NCBI GenBank assembly: GCA_963758575.1
Contig: CAVWWE010000007.1
Location: forward strand, 4,764-68,763
DNA length: 64,000 nt
Source: an uncultured Actinomycetes bacterium
GTDB taxonomy: Bacteria; Actinomycetota; Actinomycetes; Streptosporangiales; Streptosporangiaceae
Reading direction: 5' to 3'
The notes beneath the pieces were generated by a model, which made no database searches, had not been told where the DNA came from, and worked only from the letters and a program-made list of their open reading frames with translations. Position numbers and translations under genes: made by a program. Numbering within the stretch: the stretch's first letter is position 1; each line of letters starts with the position of its first letter. This document shows, piece after piece, positions 27,594 to 35,963 of the stretch.

Positions 27594-28625
27594 ATGGAAT
27601 ACCGACCACTGGGCCGCAGCGGCATGTCAGTCAGCCAACTGTGCCTCGGCGCGATGATGTTCGGCGCCGCCGGCAACCCCGACCACGACGACTCGATCAA
27701 GATCATCCACCGTGCCCTCGATGCCGGGATCAACTTCATCGACACCGCCGACGTCTACTCCACCGGGGAGTCGGAGCAGATCGTCGGGCAGGCGCTGGCC
27801 AGCGGCCGGCGCGACGGTGTGGTGCTCGCCACCAAGGCTGGCCTGCCGTTTGGCCGGGACCCCAACCAGCGGGGCACGTCGCGGCGGTGGATCACCCAGG
27901 CGGTCGAGGGCTCGCTGCGCCGGCTCGGCACCGACTGGATCGACCTCTACCAGATCCACCGCCTGGATCCGGCCACCGACGTCGACGAGACCCTGGGCGC
28001 ACTGTCTGACCTGGTCCACGCCGGGAAGATCCGGGCCTTCGGCGCGTCGAATGTCCCGGCGTCCGAGATCGTCGAAGCGCAGTGGATCGCCGAGCGCCGG
28101 GCCCGCGAGCGTTTCCGCACCGAGCAGCCGCCCTACTCGCTGCTGACCCGCGCCATCGAGTACGACGTGCTGCCGGCCTGCCTGCGCTACGGCCTGGGCG
28201 TGCTGGTCTTCAGCCCGCTGGCCGGCGGCTGGCTGTCCGGCCGCTACCGCAAGGGCGCGCGGATCAGCGGGCCCACCTCGGCCGCCCGCGGGCAACTCTT
28301 CCCCGGGGTCTACGACAGCACCAACCCGGCCAACGCGGCCAAGCTCGACGCGGCCGACGCCCTCGGCGCGCTCGCCGACCAGGCCGGGCTGACCCTGGTT
28401 CAGCTGGCCATCGCGTTCGTCACCCGGCACCCTGCGGTCACCGCCGCGATCGTCGGCCCGCGCACGATGGATCACCTGGAGTCCTACCTGGCCGCCGACG
28501 GCGTCAAGTTGAGCAGCGACGTCCTCGACCGGATCGACGAGATCGTGCCGCCCGCGCACACCGTCAACATCGCCGACAACATGTGGCGGACCCCGTCGCT
28601 GGACCCCGCATCGCGCCGCCGCTAG
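27594..28625 (+). CDS. aldo/keto reductase
   Basis: ATG 27594 preceded by GAGGAG. MEYRPLGRSGMSVSQLCLGAMMFG, INFIDTADVYS, DLYQIHRLD and AFGASN blocks. Confidence 0.9.
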   Translation: MEYRPLGRSGMSVSQLCLGAMMFGAAGNPDHDDSIKIIHRALDAGINFIDTADVYSTGESEQIVGQALASGRRDGVVLATKAGLPFGRDPNQRGTSRRWITQAVEGSLRRLGTDWIDLYQIHRLDPATDVDETLGALSDLVHAGKIRAFGASNVPASEIVEAQWIAERRARERFRTEQPPYSLLTRAIEYDVLPACLRYGLGVLVFSPLAGGWLSGRYRKGARISGPTSAARGQLFPGVYDSTNPANAAKLDAADALGALADQAGLTLVQLAIAFVTRHPAVTAAIVGPRTMDHLESYLAADGVKLSSDVLDRIDEIVPPAHTVNIADNMWRTPSLDPASRRR

Positions 28626-28629
28626 CGCG

Positions 28630-29307
28630 TAACCACGACCCCGGCATCGACTGGATCATCGTCTTCCACCACCAGCCGATCATGTCCTCGTCGTCCGCCG
28701 GGCCGGCGGCGACCCGGGCATCCGCCAGACCTTCCTGCCCCCGTTCGACGCGTACGGCGTGGACCTGGTGCTCTGCGGCCATGATCACGACTACGAGCGG
28801 ACCTACACCGTGCACGGCACCGACCCGGGCACGGCCATGCGGCCCACCGTGGTCAGCACCAGCCTGACCAACCTCGACGCCTCCCTCGGCCACGTGCACA
28901 TGGTCATCGGCGGCGGCACGTCCAGCCACGACGACGTCTACGGGTCGGACACGGTCGGCTCCAACCCGGTCTACGGCGGCGATCCGGTGGCCCAGGTCTA
29001 TCTGGACACGCCGGCCGACGAGGTCTACAAGGCGGTCGCTTCCGGCTCGGAGATCGGCACCTGGTCCGCGGTGCGCGACCCGGACACCGTGCACCCCTGG
29101 GGCATCGCCACGTTCGACCTCGACCCGGGCGACGACCCCGGCGGGCCGACCTCGATCAGCGTGAACTCATACCACACCCCGGCCGCCACCGCGGCCACGC
29201 CGTACCCCGCTCCCGTCCTGTTCGACAGCTTCACGATGAGCAAGCGCCGCCGGGACGGCGGGCTGCGCGGCACCGGCCAGCGCGAGCGGATCCTGGTGCC
29301 TGGCTGA
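28630..29307 (+). pseudogene. metallophosphoesterase (purple-acid-phosphatase-like) C-terminal remnant, frameshift near 28695-28705
   Basis: Starts with no N-terminus right after the AKR stop: NHDPGIDWIIVFHHQPIMSSS (frame 1). It then shifts to GDPGIRQTFLPPFDAYGVDLVLCGHDHDYERT (ORF 28759..29307 frame). The metal-binding N-terminal half is absent. Confidence 0.6.
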
Positions 29308-29457
29308 CCCCCCGGCAATAATTCCCGCTAATCTGTGGCGCGGCCTGGCGATTAACCGCCGGGCCGCGCCATTAATTGTTTACCGGGCCATGTTTAGCAA
29401 AACACGAAACTACTTAGTATGATATACTAATTCTGTCTTCCCCGGCAGAAAGCAATC

Positions 29458-29928
29458 ATGTATATCCGGCACCAACGCATCCTTTTCCGGCTGGCCGACA
29501 TACTGGTCTCGCTGGCCGCAGTTTTCCTTTTGCTCGATGCGATGTTCGGATTTACGAAACACCACATAACAGACTCCGCCCAGTTGCAGGCGCGCGCCGA
29601 GCACATTACCTCCACCAACCTCGCCACCACGTGCGTCGGCGGCTCCACCAACCAGCGCACGGTGCACGGCGTGACCCAGACCGCGCCGCACGGGACGCCG
29701 TACAGCGCTTACCAGGTGACGCTCACCAATATCGGAAATCGCGTCATCACGATTTATGATCTAACCGTGGAACTGCGCGATTACAGCAATACCGTCTACG
29801 CGCAGCAGCATGCCACCGATCTGGGCCATGGTGCTGGCATCACGCTCAACCTCGGCCAGTCCCGCACGGTTATCGAACCGACCGGAATGACGCAGCCGGT
29901 GGCTTACTGCGAGGTACTCAGCTGGTAA
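29458..29928 (+). CDS. hypothetical membrane-anchored protein (orphan, low-GC)
   Basis: One N-terminal TM (FRLADILVSLAAVFLLLDAMFGF). The gene and its 150-bp upstream region are clearly lower in GC than the surroundings. No recognisable domain. Confidence 0.45.
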   Translation: MYIRHQRILFRLADILVSLAAVFLLLDAMFGFTKHHITDSAQLQARAEHITSTNLATTCVGGSTNQRTVHGVTQTAPHGTPYSAYQVTLTNIGNRVITIYDLTVELRDYSNTVYAQQHATDLGHGAGITLNLGQSRTVIEPTGMTQPVAYCEVLSW

Positions 29929-29933
29929 TTGCA

Positions 29934-30839
29934 CTATTGCGCGGCCCAGGCCTGCTCGAGGCGCTGCAGCGTACGCCGGCCGAGCAGGCTCATCACCGGG
30001 TTGCTCAGGGCGTAGTACCAGACCAGCCCCATCGCCTGTTCGAACGCCCAGGCCTGGCCGCGCGCCCAGCCCAGCTCACCGCTGCGGAGCTCGTCCCGGA
30101 ACACCTGCCGCGGGCCGGTGCCGAGCAGGTGCCAGGCGGCTACCAGATCCAGCGCCGGATCGGCCGGCCCCAGTCCGCCGACGTCGAGGATCCCAGCCAG
30201 CCGCCCGCCGGATACCAGCACGTTGCCCGGGATCAGATCGCCGTGGTTCATCACGTCCGGGCCCGGGCCACGCGGCAGGTCCCGGAGCACCTGCCACATC
30301 TGGCGCAGCCGCGGCACGTCCAGCAGCGACTCACTCCGCGCGAAGCAGGTCTCCATCCATGCGTCATGAGCGCGCAGGTCGCCGCCGCGGCCTGACCCGC
30401 TGAACATCCGGCCCCGGGTGTCTATCGCACGCACCCCAGCGATGAACTCGGCCAGATCACGGGCGAACCCAGCGGACTCCCCCGGGTCGTCATCGGTGGC
30501 GGACACCCCAGGCAGCCAGGTCTGCACCGACCACGGCAGCGGGTAGCCCGCGCCCGGCTCACCCAGGGCGACCGGCTCGGGCGTGCGGAACCCGGTGCGC
30601 CCGGCCAGTTCACGGGCGGCGGCCGCCTCGCGCTCCAGCCCGCTGCGCACCGCCGCGGCCGGCCCGGGCTGCAGCGGGAACCGGGCGGCCAGGTGGCCGC
30701 CGATCCGGAAGATGGCATTGACTGTCCCGGGCGCCCGCAGTGCCGTGATGCGCAGGCCGCGCCACGCCGGGAACTGCTCGTCCACCAGCAAGCGGACCGT
30801 TGGCACCGAGATGGCCAGCTGGCCGGCGTGCATGTCCAC
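29934..30839 (-). CDS. aminoglycoside/protein-kinase-like phosphotransferase (APH family)
   Basis: VMNHGDLIPGNVLV (catalytic HGDxxxxN) and GILDVGGLGPADPALDL (DxG) blocks. Confidence 0.8.
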   Translation of the reverse strand: MDMHAGQLAISVPTVRLLVDEQFPAWRGLRITALRAPGTVNAIFRIGGHLAARFPLQPGPAAAVRSGLEREAAAARELAGRTGFRTPEPVALGEPGAGYPLPWSVQTWLPGVSATDDDPGESAGFARDLAEFIAGVRAIDTRGRMFSGSGRGGDLRAHDAWMETCFARSESLLDVPRLRQMWQVLRDLPRGPGPDVMNHGDLIPGNVLVSGGRLAGILDVGGLGPADPALDLVAAWHLLGTGPRQVFRDELRSGELGWARGQAWAFEQAMGLVWYYALSNPVMSLLGRRTLQRLEQAWAAQ

Positions 30840-30901
30840 CCGCCCAGTCTGTCGGTTGGCCGGTGTCTACTTAGCCGGAGACGCAGTGAAGGAGATGCCA
30901 G

Positions 30902-31630
30902 ATGGCGCAGCACAAGACGGCTACCCGCGAGGAGTGGCTGGCCGCGCGCAATCAGCTGCTCGCGGCGGAGAAGGAGCTGACTAGGCGTGGCGATCAGCTC
31001 GCCGAGCAGCGGCGCCACCTGCCCTGGGTGCAGGTGGACAAGGAGTACCGCTTCGACACCGAACACGGGTCCCGGACGCTGGCCGAGCTGTTCGACGGCC
31101 GCTCGCAGCTGCTCGTCTATCACTTCATGTTCGGGCCGGCCTTCGCCGCGGGCTGCCCGGTCTGCTCCTCGGCGGCGGACACGTTCAACGGCGTGGTCGC
31201 GCACCTGAACGCGCGCGGCGTGACGTTCACCGCTATCTCCCGGGCGCCGCTGGACAAGCTGCTGGGCTACCGGCAGCGGATGGGCTGGACATTCCCGTGG
31301 GCCTCCTCCTACGGCACCGACTACAACTTCGACCTGGAGATCTCCCGCCCGGAGGAGGTGACCAGGGCCGCCCTAGCCGGTGGTGTCCCACCGGTCGTCA
31401 CCCGGCTGGCCGATGACTGCGGCACCGAGCCCGCGGCCTACCTGTCGGAGATGCCGGTCATGAGCAGCTATGCGCTGGACGCCGGGACGGTCTACCTGAC
31501 CTACTCGACCACTGCGCGCGGGCTGGAGTTCATGATGGGCTACTACGGCTTCCTGGACCGCAGCCCGCTCGGCCGCAACGAGGGCGACCCGCCGGAGATG
31601 TGGCTGCACCGCCACGACGAGTACCCGTAA
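30902..31630 (+). CDS. DUF899 thioredoxin-fold protein
   Basis: REEWLAARNQLLAAEKELTRRGDQLAEQRRHLPWV...LLVYHFMFGP...GCPVCS...GWTFPWASS is the DUF899 pattern. Confidence 0.85.
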   Translation: MAQHKTATREEWLAARNQLLAAEKELTRRGDQLAEQRRHLPWVQVDKEYRFDTEHGSRTLAELFDGRSQLLVYHFMFGPAFAAGCPVCSSAADTFNGVVAHLNARGVTFTAISRAPLDKLLGYRQRMGWTFPWASSYGTDYNFDLEISRPEEVTRAALAGGVPPVVTRLADDCGTEPAAYLSEMPVMSSYALDAGTVYLTYSTTARGLEFMMGYYGFLDRSPLGRNEGDPPEMWLHRHDEYP

Positions 31631-31933
31631 CCCGCGTCCCGGGCCGGGCTGAGCCCGGACAGCCCTGGGTGACGATGCCACCGATCTTCCGGTTTTGTAA
31701 CTCTCCAGCCGTGGCGCGGCTGCGCAGGTACTGTCTTGGATCTAGAAATTAAGCGCCGGCACCGGGCAGCGCGTGCCGAGCACGGCCGATGGGGGGACGG
31801 CTAGCTCTCCAGGACGGGGAAATCACGGTTCGCCGGGCGTATCGGCGACTTCGCGGAATCAAACGATTGCGGCAGGACTTGGGGGGACGTCCGTGGCATT
31901 GCCGACGGATTGTGTGCGTGAGCTGGGTCAGCC

Positions 31934-32830
31934 ATGACACGGCCGAACCGAGATGCGCCCGCGGCCGAGGACGGCGCCCCGCGCCGCATGATCATCCTCG
32001 TCATCTGCTGCCTCAGCCTGTTCATCGTCGGCCTGGACAACACGATCGTGAACGTGGCGCTGCCCACGATCTCCCGCGGCCTCGGCGCGTCCGTGTCCGG
32101 GCTGCAGTGGATCGTCAACGGTTACACGATGGTGCTGGCCAGCCTGGTCATGTCGGCCGGCGCCTTCGCCGACCGGTTCGGCCGCCGCCAGGTGTTTCGG
32201 TCCGGGCTGATGGTGTTCACGGCCAGCTCGGCGCTGTGCTCCATCGCACCTAGCCTGGGCTGGCTGATCGCGTTCCGGGTGCTGCAGGCGATCGGCGGGT
32301 CGATGCTCAACCCGGTCGCGGTGTCCATCATCTCCAGCGTCTTCAAGGGCCGCGCAGAGCGGGCCTGGGCGCTCGGTGTCTGGGTCACCATGTTCGGCGT
32401 GAGCATGGCGCTCGGGCCGGTCTTCGGCGGGGTGCTGACCGCCACGGTCGGCTGGCGGAGCATTTTCTGGGTCAACATCCCGGTCGGGCTGATCGCCATC
32501 GTTCTGGTGTCTAAGTTCATCCCGGAGTCCCGCGCGGAGGTCAAGCGCCGGCTCGACCTGGTCGCCCAGCTGCTGGTGATCGTCATGCTCGGCTCGCTGA
32601 TCTACGCGATCATCGAGGGCGCCCATAGCGACTGGAGCAAACCGGGCATCCGCGCACTGTTCGGGCTGGCCGGTGCCGCGGCGCTGGTGCTGGTCTGGTG
32701 GGAGCTGCGCCGCGACGACCCGATGATCGATCCGCGCAGCTTCCGCAACCTGCCGTTCACCGGGGCCGTGCTGACCGCCATCTGCTCGTTCGGCAGCCTG
32801 GGCGGTTTCCTGTTCCTGAGCGGCATAACG
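31934..32830 (+). pseudogene. DHA2-type MFS transporter, only the first ~8 TM segments; conserved sequence ends near 32825
   Basis: LDNTIVNVALPTI, FADRFGRRQVF, FRVLQAIGGSML and WRSIFWVNIPVG are DHA2 blocks. After FLFLSG the reading frame runs into non-MFS low-complexity sequence. TM9-14 are absent. Confidence 0.7.
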
Positions 32831-32969
32831 ACCATCCGCGCCCGGTTGCCGGAGCGTGACCAGGAACCGGCCGCCGACCGGCCGCCGGCGGCGGCGCTGC
32901 GGCGCCCGCGCTCCAGCGGGAAAGCGCGGCCCGCACCGGGTCTGGCCTCGCCACTGGAGCCGGCCCAGC

Positions 32970-33491
32970 GCCGGTACGAGCCGTGTCGCCGGTACGAGCT
33001 GTGTTGCCGGAGCCAGCCACGTTGCCACTGCCGACCGTGTCGCGGGATTCAGCCACGTTGCCCATGCCAGCCCTGTCGCCGGCGCCGACCGCAGCATGGG
33101 AGCCAGCCGCAGCGCATCGAGCCGGCTGCGGCCTGGGCACTGGCCGCATCGCGGGAACTCGCCGCCGCGCGGCAGCGCGCCGTCGCGCGGGAACTGGCTT
33201 CCGCGCGGGAACTAGCCGCATCGCCGGAGTCGGCCGCATCGCGCAAGCCCGGCCGCAGCCCGGGAATTGGCTCTAACGCCAGAACCGGCCCAAACGCCGG
33301 AACTGGCCGCTGTGGGCGAACTGGCCACAGCGCGAGAACTGGCGCCAACGCCGGACGTAACAGCGTCACTGAAACCGACCCCGGCTCCGGCACCGGAGCC
33401 GCCCCGACAGCCGGTAGCGTCTCTGGAGTCGGCAGCATCCCCGAAGCCGGAGCCGGAGCCGGTCCAAGAGCCGGCCCTTCCCCGCGAGCCG
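32970..33491 (+). repeat. 29 consecutive degenerate 18-bp units (exact 18-nt register, no indels); repeat-like Pro/Glu-rich coding continues to about 33690
   Basis: Units written out by hand, for example GCCGGTACGAGCCGTGTC, GCCGGTACGAGCTGTGTT, CGCGGGAACTGGCTTCCG, CGCGGGAACTAGCCGCAT, ACGCCGGAACTGGCCGCT. The hexapeptide sense ([P/R]-E-[L/P]-A-x-x) appears in frame 1 (units 1-9), frame 2 (units 10-16) and frame 0 (unit 17 onward). Confidence 0.85.
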
Positions 33492-33774
33492 GAACCATCC
33501 TGGGGACCGCCATCGAGCCGGGAACCCGAGCCCTCCTGGAAGCGGGAGCCGGAGCCGGCCCGGGAGCCGAGGCCGACCTGGGAAGCGGAGCCGGAACCGG
33601 AACTCTCACCGGAGCCGGAGTGGATTCCGGCCGAGCCGCGGCGCCCGCCGCCGCCTCGCTACCCGGCGCCGGGCCTCCGGGAACCCGACCGTCATCACCC
33701 GGCGCGAGCAGGTGTACTACCGGCGGCAGTGGCGCGCGGACAGCGAACAGGGCCAGTCCTTATCGGCGCCCCGG

Positions 33775-34146
33775 TTACCCGTAGCGGAAGCCGTCGAGGA
33801 AACGGCGGAACACGCCGCCTTCGCGGGCCAGTGCCGGGGCGGGTGGCGGCGTGACGGCGCGCTGCCGAGCGATCGGCTGGTCGTAATCGGTACGGGCGAT
33901 GGCGTCTACGATCTGGGGCTCTCCGAAACCCTCGGACCCTTCGATCTGCGGCACGTAACCAACCAGCATGCCGTCCCGCATGACCTGGGCTTCCAGGCCA
34001 GCCGTGCCGTCGGTGTCCCACTCCGCCTCGCGCCCGCCAGGCAGCGTTACGCGAACGCCGAACTGGCCGCCGCCGCGCAGCAAGTGCGCATTGACTCCGC
34101 GGTCACGTAGCGCGTCCACCACCCGGCGGGCCCGGAACTCGTCCAT
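33775..34146 (-). CDS. hypothetical protein (123 aa)
   Basis: Clean ORF with strong GC3 bias (MDEFRARRVVDALRDRGVNAHLL...). No recognisable domain and no obvious RBS. Confidence 0.5.
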   Translation of the reverse strand: MDEFRARRVVDALRDRGVNAHLLRGGGQFGVRVTLPGGREAEWDTDGTAGLEAQVMRDGMLVGYVPQIEGSEGFGEPQIVDAIARTDYDQPIARQRAVTPPPAPALAREGGVFRRFLDGFRYG

Positions 34147-34200
34147 GTCAGGACGTTAATGATGGTCCCTGAACGCGCACTGAAGGTTAGCTGAGCGCCG

Positions 34201-34229
34201 ACTTATCACCCCAATCCACTTATCACCCC
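34201..34229. promoter_or_regulatory. 12-mer ACTTATCACCCC repeated at 17-bp spacing, 55-85 bp upstream of the 33775..34146 gene
   Basis: Read directly, followed by an AT-rich TATAAAAGAGACAATTTT stretch. It lies inside a 420-bp low-GC non-coding gap. Confidence 0.35.
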
Positions 34230-34570
34230 TGCGGCTCGCACTAATCGTATAAAAGAGACAATTTTCCGTACACCGGGGTGACATGTGGGACGACCCGACC
34301 AGGCTCTCCCGTCCCACTGGCACAAGCGCGGTAATCGGCCAGCCTTGTCGGCCACCCACGGGGGGCGCCTGAGCACGGCCCGGTTGAGGTAGCGCTTTCC
34401 CAGGCTCGTCCGGGCCATCGCCTAGTGGTTCTTTCTTGATATACCTCCTGGTCAACCGGTCTCGATCGGCCAGCTCTTGACGCCGCACCGGCGCCGTGCT
34501 GTCGTTCGTTTAGGAAAACCTTTTCCACCTCCGCGATCGTCCCCCAACCGGGGCCCGGGAAGGAGCAGTT

Positions 34571-35830
34571 GTGAGCGCTCACTTATCTGCCGCCAGGACA
34601 CGCTGGCTGGCTGTCCTCGCCGGGGCCGCGCTGCCCACTGCCGCGCTGCTGCCCACTCAGGAGGTGCGCAGCCTGGACAGCGTCACCCCGATCCAGGGAC
34701 CGAGCATCAGCGCCTGGAACGAGAGCTGGATGCAGAACTTCCTCAGCTACGCGAAGGCGAACAACGCACTGCCGGACATCATCTCCTGGCACGAGCTCGG
34801 CGGGCCGGGCAGCATCGCCGCCGACGTGGCCGCGTGCGTGGCGCTGGAAAAGAGCCTCGGCATCACGCCCCGCCCGATCTCCATCGAGGAGTACGGCACC
34901 ACGGCCGAGATCGATGACCCCGGCGCCCTGGTGCCCTACCTGGCGGCCTTCGAGCAGAGCGGCGTGAGCAACGCCGAGCGGGCGTTCTGGCATGAATACG
35001 GCACGGTCGACGGGCTGGTCACGGTGAGCGGGGTTAACGGGACCACGACCAACGAGCCGACCGGCACGTGGTGGCTGTACAAGTGGTACGGCGACATGAC
35101 CGGTTCGATGGTGACCGTCACACCACCGTCCGGGTCCGCCCTGGACGGGGTGGCCTCCTACGACCCGCTGAGCAAGACGGCCGACATCATCGTGGACGGC
35201 TCCGGGACCACGAACGTAACCGTCACCGGGATCAGCGGCCTCGGCTCCTCGGTCGCCGCGCGGGTGGAGTCCACCAGCACCCCGAACCGGTTCACCGCGG
35301 TCACCGCGCCCACGCTCGTCGAGCAGCAAACGCTGCCGGTCTCCGGCGGGCAGGTGACCGTGCAGATCCCCAGCATGAGCGCCAGCCGCGCCTACCAGGT
35401 GCTGCTCCGGCCCGCGGACGGCAGCGGCGCCCAGCAGCTTTACTACGCCGCGAACGGCAGCATTCATAACGCCATCATCGGGGCCAGTGCCGCCGCGCCG
35501 GATGGCTACTACGTCGGTGGCCTGACCCATGCCGGCGACGCGCGCGACGACAGCTTCGTGGACTTCGTGGTCAACGTGCCCACCGCCCGCAGCTACACGA
35601 TGACCGTGGACTACGCCAACCCGGGGACCAGCACCGGAACGCTCGGCCTGGCCTATGACGGCGGGGCCTGGCAGACACTGGCCTTTCCCGCCACCGGCGG
35701 TGGCTGGAGCACCATCAGCACCACGGTCAGCCTGACCGCGGGCTACAACGTCATCCGGCTGGCCATGGGCTCGCCGTTCTTCACCGGCGGGAGCGGCACC
35801 ATCAACCTGGGATACCTGCAACTCAGCTGA
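34571..35830 (+). CDS. secreted clan GH-A-like glycoside hydrolase fragment plus beta-sandwich plus C-terminal CBM6/35-like module
   Basis: GTG start preceded by GGGAAGGAG. Signal-like N-terminus. SAWNESW (acid/base NE-type block) appears only ~15 aa after it and PISIEEYG (nucleophile-type block) ~80 aa later. The C-terminal YYAANGSIHNA...FVVNVPTARSYTMTVDYANP...LAFPATGGGWSTISTTVSLTAGYNVIRL fits CBM6/35. Confidence 0.55.
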   Translation: MSAHLSAARTRWLAVLAGAALPTAALLPTQEVRSLDSVTPIQGPSISAWNESWMQNFLSYAKANNALPDIISWHELGGPGSIAADVAACVALEKSLGITPRPISIEEYGTTAEIDDPGALVPYLAAFEQSGVSNAERAFWHEYGTVDGLVTVSGVNGTTTNEPTGTWWLYKWYGDMTGSMVTVTPPSGSALDGVASYDPLSKTADIIVDGSGTTNVTVTGISGLGSSVAARVESTSTPNRFTAVTAPTLVEQQTLPVSGGQVTVQIPSMSASRAYQVLLRPADGSGAQQLYYAANGSIHNAIIGASAAAPDGYYVGGLTHAGDARDDSFVDFVVNVPTARSYTMTVDYANPGTSTGTLGLAYDGGAWQTLAFPATGGGWSTISTTVSLTAGYNVIRLAMGSPFFTGGSGTINLGYLQLS

Positions 35831-35890
35831 ACTGCGTCAGCGGCAGCTCAGCTAAAGTCCCTCCGCACCCGGGCGCCCTAATCCCCGTGA

Positions 35891-35930
35891 CCCGGGCGGC
35901 CTAAGCTCGTGAATTAGGCGGCCGCCCGGG
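35891..35930 (+). terminator. GC-rich hairpin CCCGGGCGGCC...GGCCGCCCGGG (11-bp stem, extendable) after the GH-like gene
   Basis: Read directly, 60 nt after the stop at 35830 and upstream of tkt. Confidence 0.45.
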
Positions 35931-35963
35931 TAGGGCCGGGTAGAGCTTCAGGAGGGAATTCCC

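Noticed and set aside
32970-33491. CRISPR array or minisatellite-type non-coding repeat.
   Set aside because: The units are contiguous 18-mers with no spacers, are too short and too degenerate for CRISPR, and there are no cas genes. They are coded hexapeptide repeats (or their remains).
31934-33784. Treating the 616-aa ORF as a genuine fusion protein (half an MFS transporter plus a disordered tail).
   Set aside because: A DHA2 transporter cut after TM8 is not a known functional unit. The tail in this frame becomes Cys/Arg-rich and then Gly/Ala-rich nonsense, while the repeat's sensible reading moves to other frames.
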